This document shows, piece by piece, positions 1 through 12,907 of a stretch of 64,000 nt of DNA. The notes below the pieces were generated by a model. It saw only the letters and a list, made by a program, of their open reading frames with translations. It did not search any database and was not told the DNA's origin. Numbering within the stretch: position 1 is the stretch's first letter; each line of letters starts with the position of its first letter. Position numbers and translations under genes: made by a program. Origin of the DNA: the human T2T-CHM13v2.0 reference genome, Homo sapiens. Where the stretch lies: the NCBI RefSeq assembly GCF_009914755.1, contig NC_060932.1; one strand, 5' to 3'.

Positions 1-3000
1 GATGAGCACTACGTAGGAGCATCAAGAAAGATCGTTTAAGTTGTCATTTTAAAATTTTAGACATCTTAAAACAATCCTTTTATAGTATTCACTGATTTCA
101 TCAAATATGTGATGGAAAATTACTCTGCTAAATGAGCCATGCAAATTAGCAATGAATTATGCTCAAATATCCAAAAGCAATTATGCTGCTGAATAACCGG
201 GTATTTTAATAAAATATGGATAATGACAGCGTTAATATTTTAGGTTACATTTATGCAATGATATGACATTTAAAATATAGAAAACCAGATACAACACTAT
301 CTAGCGCATATTTTATATCTGCAGAACATAAAATTATATTTAAGTTATTTGAAAGAGATCCCAGGTCCTCATGCTCCTTCCAGAAGATTAACATCCAGAA
401 ATATTGAGCTGAGACATATTTAATAGGGACAAGAAAAATAGTTGTTTAAGGTGTTCTTGAATATTTTGAAAATTTAGTTTCATTTATTTTTTTCTCTCAT
501 GGCCTGTCTCCCAGATCCACTGCTTGTCTTAACCTTTAAATTGCTGAAAACTAAGAAAGCTTAAATCAACCAAAAGAATGTGAACTTCCAAGCTCCTTTT
601 CCTAAATACAAACATGTTCCTGGTATTCACACTCTACTTCTACTTTTGTGAGAAACATTCTTTAAAATTCTTTAAAATCCTTTTACTGTACCAGTCGGTG
701 TTGCATTAGAAGGCTTGCGCTGATATAAACCTGTGCCATCGGGGTGAAACATAGTATGCACAAATCCAATATGACAGGTTAAAAGTTAAAAGCATCCTTT
801 ATCTCCCTCTGTAAGTACACTGGCATTAATCAAATCAGCATTGTCTGGTTCTTCCATGCTCAGAAATACTACAGAAGAGGCTGAGCAATTAGTTCGTATT
901 CCGCAAATGAGTCAACTGAAATAACAGTTGTTCGTTAGAATAGAATTTGGAAGCATTGCAAACAATCAAGAGGCGGCCTGGTCCTTAATTATCGCCTTTT
1001 CAGCACACATTATCAACACTGCTGACTCACTAGTAAGAGTGGATTTCACAACTTTAATGGTTCAAAATTACATCCTGAATCGAGTATCAGTAACCATTCC
1101 ATCAAGTCAATTTTTGTGGTACTACTGAATTGGATGGGTAATGAGCTTCAACAAACTACTATTTTCAAATTCACAAATACTAAAGTGCATCTAATAATTC
1201 ACTACAACTGTCATCAAACTGGGCCTGCTCCCAGCTCCTGGGGTTGTAATCAAGCCCCTCACCTGTGCAAACCACTTCAGTTGTCGGCAGAAAGAGCCCA
1301 GCCTGGTGAGAAATGCACAGATGCTTTCCACATAAAGCCCATTTAATCTCTTGGGTGACATTCTTATACACAGATTCATCTAAAAGAAAGTAATTCAATC
1401 AGCTGGCCCTAGTGCTTTGCCATAGAACAATTTCCTCAATAATTTTCTCTGCTTATTGGATATTTTGAGATTTGCAGAGTGTGGAAGGGGTTTAGGTAAC
1501 ACTGGAGAATTTAGGTAAGACCATGGCTTTCTAAATGTAAAAATAAAGCTCTAAAGATATCTGTCTTCATGATCTGAAAATATCTGTGACATTTTGTGTG
1601 ACTCCTTGGAATAAAGTATTTCGTAGGGGAAATTGAAATCTAAGCAAAGTAAAGCAGCAAATAGTTGAAAGCCTGTTATGATCATGGCACTGCAAACTGT
1701 TTCAAGAAGCCAAAAACACCTTCAGCTTTGGAGTTCATGATCAAGGTTGTCCAAACAAGACAAAGATTGGTGATTATTTAACTCACAGTACAAAGTGATA
1801 ATTGGAGCAAAATTTAAAAAATTGCACCTGTTCAATTTTGTGAATCAGAATGTGCACTACCACAGAGTACATGCCGAGAGAATATGGTATGAATATACAA
1901 TATTCATACATGTCTTTGTTCTTTTCATTCTTTACTCATTGAACACGGAGTCTAGGGTCAGGTCAAGCGCATTCTATAGAGTTAATGCAAGCTTGTGCTG
2001 TGAGGCCAGGTGGACTGGGAGCAGCACAGTCTGGGGGGTTTCCTCTCAGAGAATACGGGTTAAGGGAGCTGCTGATAGTTGCACCACGTGGTGCCCCTGA
2101 GTTAGGTGTGCGATTGTGGACATGGATATATGGTCTATCTGCTTACACACTGCTACTCGCTTTTGAAAAGAACTCTCCAATTATCAGTGTACTCTGTCCC
2201 ACAGTCTCACATACCATCAAGAAACCCTATAGTTGATGATTGTCCCTGTGATGTGAATGGCAGGTGCCTAGGTTTCCATCCTGGACTCCAGCCTACGGAG
2301 GTTCTAGGGTGTCCCCATGTGAGGGGGCCAATATTGCCCCTGACAATCTGATAGAGACAACAGAGGGCTTAGAAATGCTGAATAAATGTTTCCTTTTAAA
2401 AAAGTTATGACTTTTTATGATTTTGCTCTCTATACTTCCTAGATTCATTTGTTCAATGGCATTTTCCCGCTATTTTTTTTCACTTAAATTCATTTTCTAA
2501 TTTTGGTAGACCCATTTAATAAGAACTATAATCTCACATGCCAACTCCATTAAAAAAGGAGTATGTGGTAAGAGAAGGGATGATGATACTGAAAGACATT
2601 TTGATTTTTTAAGGGATAATTTAAGAGTATCTCTCTATTATTATTCTGTCCACTTAATACTTGGAAGGAGAGTTTGATAAAATAAACAATAAAATTTGAG
2701 AACCATGAAGAATGTAGGGGTCATATAATTTCTTTTTTTCTCATTTAAAAGAGAAAACAAACGAAGTCAAAGAAGTTCATGTCACATGAAAAGCAAATTC
2801 ACGGTGCGGCATAGGACAGAATCTATGTCAGTCACCAGGATGTTAGTTTTGTGCTTGCTTTGTTTAATGATACTCATTGACTTGCTTATATATTTCCATG
2901 CTAACCATACTTGTATGATACTGTGGCCCTATAGGAAAATGTTCAAAAAGGGAACTCCGGCAAGTCAATCTTTAACCTGAATAATCACGATAAACTAAAA

Positions 3001-3102
3001 AATAGACTATAAATAGGCTGTTCAACAACCCTGAATTCAGGACAGCAGTAATGACGCATAACATGTATAGATAATCTAATAAAATCAAGTGCTTTTTAAA
3101 AA

Positions 3103-3253
3103 GGAGGCTGGGGGAGGGATAGCATGAGGAGAAATACCTAAGGTAAATGATGAGTTGATGGGCGCAGCAAACCAACATGGCACATGTAATCCTATGTAAC
3201 AAACCTGCACGTTGTGCACATGTACCCTAGAACTTAAAGTGTAATTTAAAAAA
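3103..3253 (+). mobile_element. L1PA (PA6/7-like) 3' UTR end, heavily 5'-truncated
   Basis: GGGGGAGGGATAGCA..GAGTTGATGGGCGCAGCAAACCAACATGGCACATG..GTACCCTAGAACTTAAAGT followed by a short A tail matches the L1PA 3' terminus. Confidence 0.9.
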
Positions 3254-4484
3254 TGCTATATATTCTCAGAGTCAACAATGTTTGAGAACAAGCTAATAGT
3301 TTTTGGCTAGGTTCAAGGAGCTGGGTGTTGGTGATACTGAATTATAAGAACAGTATGAATAGAGATCTAAATAAACTTTAGGAATTAAAGATAACAAATG
3401 ATTTTATAAGAGGTTTTTCTAGCATGAACACTTATGGAGCGACTTTCTTGCCCTAGCTCGCCTGGGAATACTATACCGTGAGCCATTACCAAAAAATAAA
3501 TAAATAAATAAAACTGTGGTTAAAAATACATGGCAAGAGATCTAGCCTCTAAACCAAATTGTAGGTACAGGATTGTTAGCTATAAGCAAAATTAAGCACA
3601 ACGTCCTATAGCACATCGCAAGCACGCGTTCATCTTCTGTACTGACACTTCCTACTGTTGAAAGCAAGTCCCCATCTCCCCATCCCGTAACCCCCAGCCT
3701 CCACCATCCTCCCTTCTCGGGATTTATCCAGAAGGAGATTATTTTTGACAACTTAAGTCTCAACATCTTTCCACCTGTTCTATTTGTTCAATCACCATTC
3801 TTTCTTGTTCCTGGATAGCAGTGCATGGTCAGGCCGATACTGTGTAGGTGCTCCCGGAAAAACTGGTTTTTTGCAAAACTCACCATTAGAAATACTGGGA
3901 TGGATGGGAAACACAGTGCAGATGGCAGGTTTTTCAAGTCCGTACAACTCTGTGAGCAAAGCACCAGGAAGCAGTCACATGCCCCTGGGGTGACCCACGG
4001 CTGGCACAGTCAGGCGGCCCTGGGCGGCCCTATGCTGATGGCAGGTCGGGAGCACAGAAGCATTGGCGGGCTGTGAGGCGGCCCTGCAGTGCTGAGGAGG
4101 GGAAAGGACCTGAATCCTGTGCTGAGGGTGCTGCCCCTAAGGTGGGCACAGGAGGAAGCACCACCTGGCACAGGTGAGAGAGTTGGACACAGTAGCAAAG
4201 GCCTGAGAGGAAGCCCTGGATGCAGCTGGTTCTTCTGCATGTCCATAAAACATGGTTGAAGCACCCTGCTGCTGGTTCAGCAGTCAAACGGAGGCTCCCC
4301 TCCCCTTTGCTCCTGAAAGGTCTCATTCTTACTCCTGCTATTCAGATCCCCCTTTGCATATAAGGGGAAAAGAAAGTCGCATAGGAGACACTGAGGCTTC
4401 CATATTGTAGCACAGCATTTTCCCACTTACCAATTAATATTGATGGATGACTGTTTTCACCTCAGGAGCACATGAACTAGACTC

Positions 4485-4715
4485 GGCCATGGTTGTGGTG
4501 CAGGCTGGAGCTGGGCTGCACAGTTTGAATACCCCAGCTCTGCGATTTACCTATTACCTGCCCTTGGGCAAATTACTTCCTCTTCTGGTGCCTGACCTTT
4601 CTTATTTGCAAAATGTTTATCATCGTACAACATGCCTGACAGCACTGTTGTGAAGATTGAAATAGTAAATTCATTTAAAATGCTTCGGAAAACATTAGTG
4701 TGTTCGGACAATAAT
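4485..4715 (+). mobile_element. MIR SINE
   Basis: Core-like TTTGAATACCCCAGCTCTG..CCTTGGGCAAATTACTT..TGTTGTGAAGATTGAA; boundaries approximate. Confidence 0.7.
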
Positions 4716-5667
4716 AATTACAAATTCTTTTTCCTCTCTCTTTCTCTCTCTCATGCATACATATAGTAGACATGTAAGTGTCACACCTTGGGAAAGGGGT
4801 GGGTACCCAATAAATAACAAATTATTTTTTAAAAGGATGTGTAAATAAATGTCCAACACAGGACCTTGCTAGATTACTAAATTTCTCAGATAAATAATAT
4901 TAAATATATACTTTCTAATATCTCACTTCTAAAATTAAAAGTTGTTCTATTGAAAAAATGGAGAAAACAATGAGAAATCACACGATTCTTCAGCCCAGAA
5001 ATAACTGCTGTTAGTATTATGCTGTTTGGCCTTTCAGTTTCTTAAAGAGATATATAAGTTCCTGATTTTAAGGTGAACTTCTAGGGATGGGCACTTATTT
5101 TTGGACTTGGTAGAATCCTCAATTTCTAACACACCAACTGGTCCCTGATGGTCATAAAATGAATATTTAAATTTCTAATTTATTAAGATGCTTCAATATA
5201 TGCTTTAGCAAAGAACAGAAAAATGAATAAATCAATAAATAGAAATCTGTTTGGTTTGGAAATAAGGGATATTGTCAGCAAATTTTCAAATATTCCTGGA
5301 AATGTGCTATTATTCTATAAACAAATGGTGGCAGACACCAATGCATGACTAAGTAAAATAAGATACAATTAGCAATTCCACTCATATTTACATCATGTTG
5401 CATATCACAATTGCTTGCACCATTTCCGCTGATTTTCAACTCATCCAATGAAATCATCACAATACTGATGTTAACATTTGCTTAAAATTGTACTTTACAA
5501 ACATCATTTTTGTGGTCAAAACAAGTTTACTGTTGAGCTAAAATATACTGCTGTAGAATTTAATTTTATCATTCTGGTAAAATGTCTCTCATGTCAGATT
5601 CTCTAGCTAAACAGTTATAAGTAGAGGGAGGGAATAGAGATAGAGAAACTGCCCATCTCACCCCTCA

Positions 5668-5865
5668 ATAGCATAGTGGACTTTGGGTCAAGACTGACTG
5701 AATTTGAATCCTGGTCCTACCTCTGTGATGTTGGGTAAGTTCTTTAACTTCTCTTGGCCTTAGTGCCTGTCTGCATGATGGAGATGATGACTACTGAATC
5801 AAAGAGTTGTTATGAAGAATCAATCCATCACAGTTTGTGAAATGCTCAGAAGAGTGTCTGTTTCA
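5668..5865 (+). mobile_element. MIR SINE
   Basis: TTTGAATCCTGGTCCTACC..GTGATGTTGGGTAAGTTCTTTAACTTCTCT..GTTGTTATGAAGAAT. Confidence 0.7.
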
Positions 5866-5959
5866 AAGCAAGCACGACAGAAGCATTTATAAAATAAATG
5901 ATGAAACTTCAGGCTGCGGAAAATAAATGCCCCGGGCAAGGCCTCAGTCAGCAGTGGAA

Positions 5960-7225
5960 CCATTTCTTTTTTCATTCCACACCTGGCCATCAAGGGTCTG
6001 TTCTGGTGAGAGGTCAGGCTAAGCAGCTGGGACCCAGCAATGCCAAGATCAGCAATGGGCCATGCCCTCCTGAGGCTTGTACTCTAGTGTTGGAAAATAC
6101 ATTAACGGCAGTCAAAGACCTAGGTATACTTCCACAAACACAATCAGGGCTTGAAGGGAGAGGTAAGCGGTGCTAAGAACACTTAATTGGATCATTTGAT
6201 CTCATTTATAAGATGTTAGAAGCAAGTTACCATCGAGTGTTTATTGAAGGAAGAGTTGGCAACGCCCTGAGGGTGAGTGTGGGCTGTGTGCATGGAGGAG
6301 CCACGTGCTACCAAGAAGTGAGAGGCCCAGGGTGTGGGGAGCCAGGAGCTAGGAAGCCTATGGTGCCCCAGGAACCTGGAAGAGTAGGTAGGTCCAGGCT
6401 GCGGAAGAGCTATGTTGAAGAGCTTCTTCCTTATTCCTGAGGGCTTTGGGAAGTAGAGCAATTAAAGAGGGATATGTCATGTTTGTGTCTAAACATTAAC
6501 AAGATTTCTCTGTGCACCATTCTTGGAGCCGAGGAAATGGAAGGCAGACAATTGGGTTAGAAGCTCTGCAGTTTTCCCCAGGAGACCTGAGTACTTAGGC
6601 TGGGCTGGTGGGCATTGGGGTGAAGAAAATTAGAAGGACGGAAGAAGTGATGTTTGGGAGGTGAGAATGAGCAGTCCTCATTGAAAGACTGGGTGTGAGG
6701 CGTGTAGTTTGTGAATCAAATAGAGGTGAGGCTGCTTAGCAAAACAGGACACAGAGGAGCACCTGGTTTGGGGCCAGATTGGGACATGAGATCTCCCCTG
6801 TTATTTTGGGCACGTTGGGATCAAGGTGTCGCTAAGACATTGTCGGGAGATGTCAAGGCAAGAGTGGATACATGGGCATGGAGGTTAGAAGAGACCTGAG
6901 GGTGGAGACAAAAATCCTCTGTCTGTTGGATGGAGGGTCACTGAGACCACGGGCTTGGGTGACCTCATTTAGGGAGATACTAGAGTGAGAAGAAGAGGAT
7001 CGAACAAGAGTTTGGGGGACCACAAAAGTACGAGAGAAAGCATCTGTAAAGCCATAAATAAGGGGAAGCAGGAGGAATGGTGACAGATAGTGTCAGACAA
7101 CCTAGGAGTGGGTGAGAGCCAAGAATATCACAGCTCCCGAGTAATCATGCAGACTGAGGACTTTACAACGGCCTAGGATGGACAGGAAAATCGCTGTTGG
7201 GCTCTCTCAGCAAAGCAGTTGCTTA
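5960..7225 (-). mobile_element. L2 LINE, diverged 3' portion
   Basis: Purine-rich L2-antisense-like text (CATGCCCTCCTGAGGCTTGTACTCTAG, GAGGGCTTTGGGAAG, TTGGGCACGTTGGGATCAAGGTG, GAGTGGATACATGGGCATGGAG); boundaries approximate. Confidence 0.6.
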
Positions 7226-7232
7226 AATCTAG

Positions 7233-7573
7233 CATCTTAGTTCACTCGAGATGCTATGATAAAATACTACAGACTTTGTGGCTTAAACGAAAACCATGTA
7301 TTTCTCACTGTCTAGAGGGTGGAAGCCCATGATCAAGGCTCTGATGAGAACTTTCTTTCAAGCTCACAGAGGGCTATCTTCCCCTTGCGTCCTCAGGTGG
7401 TAGAGAGAGAAGAAGGAAACAGAATCTCTACTGGCTCTTGTTATAAAGGCACTAATCACATTATGAGGGCCACACCCTCCTGACCTAAAAGCCCCACCTC
7501 CTAATACTAGCACCTTTAGGATGAGGATTTCAACCCAGGAATTTGGATGGACACCGGCATTCAATCCTCATCA
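7233..7573 (-). mobile_element. MLT1A-type solo LTR (ERVL-MaLR)
   Basis: Reverse complement of MLT1A (TCTTAGTTCA..GGCTTAAAC..ATAAAGGCACTAATC..GCCCCACCTCCTAATAC); 5-bp TSD TCTAG at 7228-7232 and 7574-7578. Confidence 0.85.
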
Positions 7574-9409
7574 TCTAGATTAGATGAGGGCATGGAAGCT
7601 GAGGGTCAGGATCTGAAGTCTAACTTAAGTAACTTCTGTGTGTGAAGTGTCATATTTATTCTGAGTTTAGAGTGTGTTTACAGAGGGTTAAACCACGCTT
7701 TATGGTAACAACATAACTCAAGAGGAAGGGCAGTCAAAACATATTCTGAACATGTAATCAGGTAACTTTCACTTTCTAGAAAGGAAAAAATGTCCAGAAT
7801 TTTGTATTCCTATGCTGAGGAAAATGAAAAACAACAACAAAAAAAGAATTTGAAAAAACTTGTGAGTTGTGAAAAACCATAATTAATTTTAGAAAATTGA
7901 TTTCATGGATATTTAAATTGGAAAGCTATAGAGAAAACAGTTCAATGTTGATGCCAGTTTGCTTTCAAAATCAATTAAGTAAGCAGATAACCAGGATTCT
8001 CCTGTTTTGTGGGAAATTCATGAATTTCAATTCATTTTCTAAATGATATACAATAATTCATGTGAAAAACAAAGTAGTGATTAATCAAAAAAATGACAGC
8101 TTATCAGAAGAACCTAACAGCAATTAAGAAAATATTCATATCCATGAATAGGTAAGAAGATACAGATTTTCCAGGTACCTTAATTAAAGATGTAGTTGCT
8201 ACAACAGTTAATTCTGTATAAGTATTTTTATTCCAAGGAGAAATAAGGCAGCTTGGTAATATAATTTAGTATTGTTTACAAATTATTGTAAGTTTTCACA
8301 CAACTAGAAATTTACATTACATTTGTAAGAAAAACATAGACCCTGTATGGGGAAGTTAAGAAGTGTTATAATACAAGCTAGGAACTGGCACTTTTTAGTA
8401 CTTTAAATGTGCTGGAATAAGAAATCAGTGTCCTATCTTGCAAAGCAAGAAAAGTTCTATCACAAAATAGTATAAGTATGAGAGAGTGTTACTCTATTTT
8501 GCCAGATTAAATCTCTGTAGTTGTGAGGGGAAGGAGATGGGCAGAAATCCTTGCATGGGCTCCTAATGCTCTTGAATAATTGGGAGCTGTGAGTTTTAGA
8601 CCAAGAGTAAAAAAGAGGTGTCTTTGGCTAGAGTCTTAACCTCACACACTGGCTCAAAAAGCCTCTCCATCCAGTGAGTGTTCTTTGGGAAGACTTGCAA
8701 CGCTTAGTTCTAAAATTTTCTTTAAAATATTCTCAGGACTTGGAGATGAAATCATTTGTAAAACAAGGGATTCATGTGATACTACATAATTACAAATTAC
8801 AGATAGTTGGATCACAGGATTTAACATGCATAGACCTGCATTTAAACAAGATGGAGCTAAACATCAGTTTTCTTTCTTAAGGAACTTTTTCATAGCATTT
8901 TAGTAAAATGCATAATAAATTAAGGGATGGGCTTTAGGTACCCTGAGGTGTGCAGCCCATGCCTCCCTGTGCCCACAGCAGCCTTCATTGGTCACAGAAG
9001 ACCCAAGTGAGGCTTCTGGAGGTGCCCAAGAGAAGAACCAGCTGAGATCAGAGGCAGCAATCAAAATAGAACTGGGGAATTCTTTCCTACTTAAGAACTT
9101 CAGGATCAATAGTTTCCTTCATCTCACGTCAGATATTTATTCATCCGTCCATCCATCCGTCAATTAATTTAATGCATTAAATCTTACCAAAGGTGTTAAT
9201 AGGATTGTAAAGATTTAGTTCATCTACATTTTACTTGAGCCCTCTGAGGTAGATAAATGTAGACAAAAATGTAAGTACCTCTCCATCTACAGACACAGTT
9301 ATGAGTCTAAGTAGCCATTCAGAGATTAGAAAGCACTTTCACATCCATGCAGTCGTTCCATTTCTGAATGTGTGCATAAGAGAGTGCAAAATCAATACAC
9401 AGGACAGAC

Positions 9410-9612
9410 GCATTTATGTATTTCATGCAACCTTCACACTAACATTCTGGGGTAGAAATTATGATCTCGCCCATTTTACACCTGAAGAAACACAGGCTCA
9501 GAGGAGGAAAGGGACTTAGGCTATGGGTACATATTTCCTAGACAGTATTGTAGAATTTAAATGCAGATAATCTGATTCCAAATTGTAAGTTATTTCCACT
9601 GTATTACACTCT
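9410..9612 (-). mobile_element. MIR SINE
   Basis: CCCATTTTACACCTGAAGAAACACAGGCTCAGAG core in antisense. Confidence 0.75.
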
Positions 9613-9628
9613 TCCCAAATTAGGAGGA

Positions 9629-9935
9629 TGCTATGTTCTGAATGTTTCTGTCCCTCCAAAATTCATATGCTAAACCTAAGCACCAACATGGGGGGATTAG
9701 GTGGTACAGCCTTTGGAAGGTGACTAAGTCCTTTGTTTTAGAGCAATGCCCCAGAGAGCTTCCTTGATCTTTCCACTATGTGAGGATCCAACATGAAAGC
9801 GCTGTGTATGAGCAAGATAGTGGGCCCTCACCAGACACAAAATATGCCTTGGTTTTGGACTTCCCAGCCTCCTGAACTGTTGTTTTCAAGCTTCCCAGTT
9901 TATATTTACTGTGACAGCCCCAACAGACTAATACA
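9629..9935 (+). mobile_element. MLT1A-type solo LTR (ERVL-MaLR)
   Basis: Starts TGCTATGTTCTGAATGTTTCTGTCCCTCCAAAATTCATATG, contains GGGCCCTCACCAGACAC and GGACTTCCCAGCCTCC, ends GACTAATACA; flanks GAGGA/GAGAA. Confidence 0.85.
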
Positions 9936-9968
9936 GAGAATAATGTAACTTGTGTCTGCTTGTATTGC

Positions 9969-10060
9969 TAGTGTTTTTTTTTTTAAGTAGTGTTTTTTTT
10001 TTAAGTAAGTTTTTTTTTTTAAGTAGTGTTTTTTTTTAAGTGTTTTTTTTTTTTAAGTAA
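9969..10060. repeat. Tandem repeat of (TAGTG)T-tract-AAG, about 5 copies of ~18 bp
   Basis: Five T-tracts of roughly 9-13 nt separated by AAGTAGTG, AAGTAAG or AAGTG. Confidence 0.9.
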
Positions 10061-10324
10061 GGGACAAAACTTTAACAGGAAAAGGAATACAGATTATGAA
10101 ATGCTACCATTCAGGTTTTTATGCTAGTACTTTAATACTCCAAATTAAAGTAATATATTCACTCACTTGCTAAATAAAGCTTATATGACTAGAGATACTG
10201 AATAATTCTTTTAGTCTTTAAGTCCTCTAAAAAATAATAGTGAAAACCCAAAATTGCTTAATGAGACATGTATGACCTTGTTTATTTAGTATTTATCATA
10301 GATGTTAAAATGATCATGGTTAAT

Positions 10325-10625
10325 TTTTTTTTTTTTTTTTTTTGAGACACAGTTTCACTCTGTCTCCGAGGCTGGAGTGCAGCGGTGCTATCTTGGCTCA
10401 CTGCAAGCTCCGCCTCCCAGGGGTTGCACCATTCTCCTGCCTCAGCCTCCCAAGTAGCTGGGACTACAGCTGCCCACCACCACGCCTGGCTAATTTTTTG
10501 TATTTTCAGTAGAGACGGGGTTTCACCATGTTAGCCAGGATGGTCTCGATCTCCTGACCTTGTGATCCGCCCACCTCGGCCTCCCAAAGTGCTGGGATTA
10601 CAGGCGTAAGCCACCATGCCCGGCC
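10325..10625 (-). mobile_element. AluY, full length
   Basis: AluY diagnostics GCAAGCTCCGCC, CCATTCTCC, TTAGCCAGGATGGTCTCGATCTCC; 13-bp TSD GATCATGGTTAAT at 10312-10324 and 10626-10638. Confidence 0.95.
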
Positions 10626-10923
10626 GATCATGGTTAATATTAATGTAAGAAATTAGAGAATGTCAATGAAGGTCCATTATATGTCTATTAAATGAAAGTG
10701 TTAGCTGCTTATAGTTATTTTCGAATTTAAATTGCCTTGGCTCACATGCCGTTTTATAATTTCAAATACATAATCAGAACTCTTTTGCATCTAGTGAATC
10801 AGTGCTGCCTACACAAAACTCCTTTATCAGGGAAGAGTGCATTATCAATCAAACTGAAATGAAATAACAGAAAACAAGATGAAGTAAGTCATGTGTAGCT
10901 ACTGGCTGTAACTTCAAATGTAT

Positions 10924-11133
10924 AATGATGGTGATGGTGATGATGATGGTGGTGATAGTGACGGTGATGGTTATGATGATGGTGATGTTTGACAGTTATA
11001 ATGACAATGGTGATAACAGTATTATAATGATGGTGATGATGACACGGTTATGGTAATGTTGATGGTGATGCTAATGATGATGGTGAGAGTGATGGTAATT
11101 ATGACGGTGATAACCGTGTGATGGTGATGATAA
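10924..11133. repeat. Degenerate (GAT/GGT)n trinucleotide microsatellite
   Basis: GATGGTGATGGTGATGATGATGGTGGTGAT.. over ~210 bp with interruptions. Confidence 0.9.
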
Positions 11134-12136
11134 CAACAGAAACTTAGACAACTAGGAACAATCATAATTTTTTTTTATGTTTTTGGCATACACAACAATT
11201 ACATTTCACAATAACAACTTATCAAAACACAAAGAGATAATAGCTGGGATTTTGTTGTTGTTGTTAACAGGGTTTGTTTTATCTTTTTGATATCTAGATA
11301 CCTTTGACAAAAACACCCAAACTTCTCCATTTCAAAGATAACGACCTTCAGAAATAACTGCTGAGTATAGTGAGTTTGGGGTTTTTGCAACATTGAGGTC
11401 GATAATGGGACCTGGAGATGTCAGAGCCCTGAGTAACGCTCCCTCTCCCAGGCAGCTACTTTTTGAGATGGAAACTGTCGCTAATGAATGGATGTGTCAA
11501 AACTGTCAGGTCCTAAGAGCAACAGATGACACCTGTCATTTTAACTCACAGGAAAGATGGTCAAAAATATTCTTCAATTATAGGCAAATGGAATGCAACA
11601 CCTTCAGGTTATAAAGACTCCACTAAAACCATGATCATTTTTAATATGATTTATGGCTACTTGGTGAGAAATTAATTTCATAAAATCAGTGTGATGGAAA
11701 ACTTTATAACTTTTAAAGCTGGAGTGCATGACAAACATATTCTTCTAGGTTATTACTTATATTTTAGGAGCATTTAGATGTGTTTGTAAACCCCTACCCC
11801 AAACATAAACTTCCACCACCAAAATGCTTTTAGAGATTCTATAATTATATCCAAAGCATGTATGATAAACTTGCTCTAATTAATGAACATAAATTTAGGT
11901 ATCTGAATTTAAGTATAGTAGAATTTCATAGGATAACCTGAAACAATGTGAAAAAATAAATTTGGTGAAGAAAATCTTTCAAAGCTCTTTGACAGGGGAT
12001 TCTTAAAATTCCTCTGTATTTCTCACAGCATCCTAGCATAGTGCTGATACGTAGCTTGTAATACGTTCTTTAGTTGAATAATTTGAAAAGTCATCTCTAC
12101 AACAAGGGTATGGACAATTTTAAAATTACCTTAACA

Positions 12137-12444
12137 GGCCGGGCATGGTGGCTCACGCCTATAATCCCAGCACTTTGGGAGGCCTAGGCGGGTTGATCAC
12201 ATGAAGTCAGGAGTTCAAGACCAGCCTGGTCAGCATGGCAAAAACCCATCTCTAGAAAAGCACAAAAATTAGCTGGGCACGATGGTGGGTACCTGTAATC
12301 CCAGCAACTCAGGAGGCTGAAGCAAGAGAATCGCTTGAGCCTGGGAGGTGGAAGTTGCAGTGAGCCGACGTCGCAGCACTGCACTCCAGCCTGGGTGACA
12401 GAATAAGACTCAGTATCAAATAATAATAATAATAAAAAAAATAA
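12137..12444 (+). mobile_element. AluS (Sx/Sz-like), full length with (TAA)n tail
   Basis: GGCCGGGCATGGTGGCTCACGCC start, dimeric body, AAT-patterned tail. Confidence 0.95.
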
Positions 12445-12462
12445 TGTATCAAACCCTTTGTA

Positions 12463-12541
12463 TAGGTTGGTGCAAAAGTAATTGCAGTTTTTGGCATTGA
12501 AAGTAATGGCAAAAACCTCAATAGCGTTTGCACCAACCTAA
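12463..12541. mobile_element. MADE1 (Hsmar1-derived mariner MITE)
   Basis: TAGGTTGGTGCAAAAGTAATTGCAGTTTTTGGCATT-gaaagt-AATGGCAAAAACCTCAATAGCGTTTGCACCAACCTAA: long inverted arms, 6-nt spacer, TA on both sides. Confidence 0.95.
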
Positions 12542-12693
12542 TAGCTTATTATCCTTCAGACACATCACTTCCTTGTTCTTTTCTGATTTCTAATTCTTTT
12601 GTTTACTTCTAATGTTTTGACAGTCAATTAACTTGGGCAACCTCAAAGTTTAACCAAATCTCTATGTTTTCCTCCTTCAAGAATGACTTCCTG

Positions 12694-12907
12694 AGCCTGG
12701 GCCAAATAGGGAGACCCTGTCTCTACGAAAAGTTGAACAATTAGCCAGGTGTCATGGTGCACACGTGTAGTCCCAGCTACAGGGGAGGCTGAGATGAGAG
12801 ATCGCTCAAGCCCAGGAGGGCGAGGCTGCAGGGAGTTATGATAGTGCCACTACATGCCAGCCTGGGTGACAGAGTGAGACCTGGTCTCAAAAAGAAGAAG
12901 AAAAAAA
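12694..12907 (+). mobile_element. AluJ, 5'-truncated
   Basis: J-type GAGACCCTGTCTCTAC, GAGGCTGCAG, GAGACCTGGTCTC; A tail; ACTTCCTG on both flanks. Confidence 0.88.

Noticed and set aside
2081-2094. 14-bp palindrome GCACCACGTGGTGC as a CTCF or MYC site
   Set aside because: It mismatches a core CTCF G, and an isolated E-box palindrome is not enough evidence
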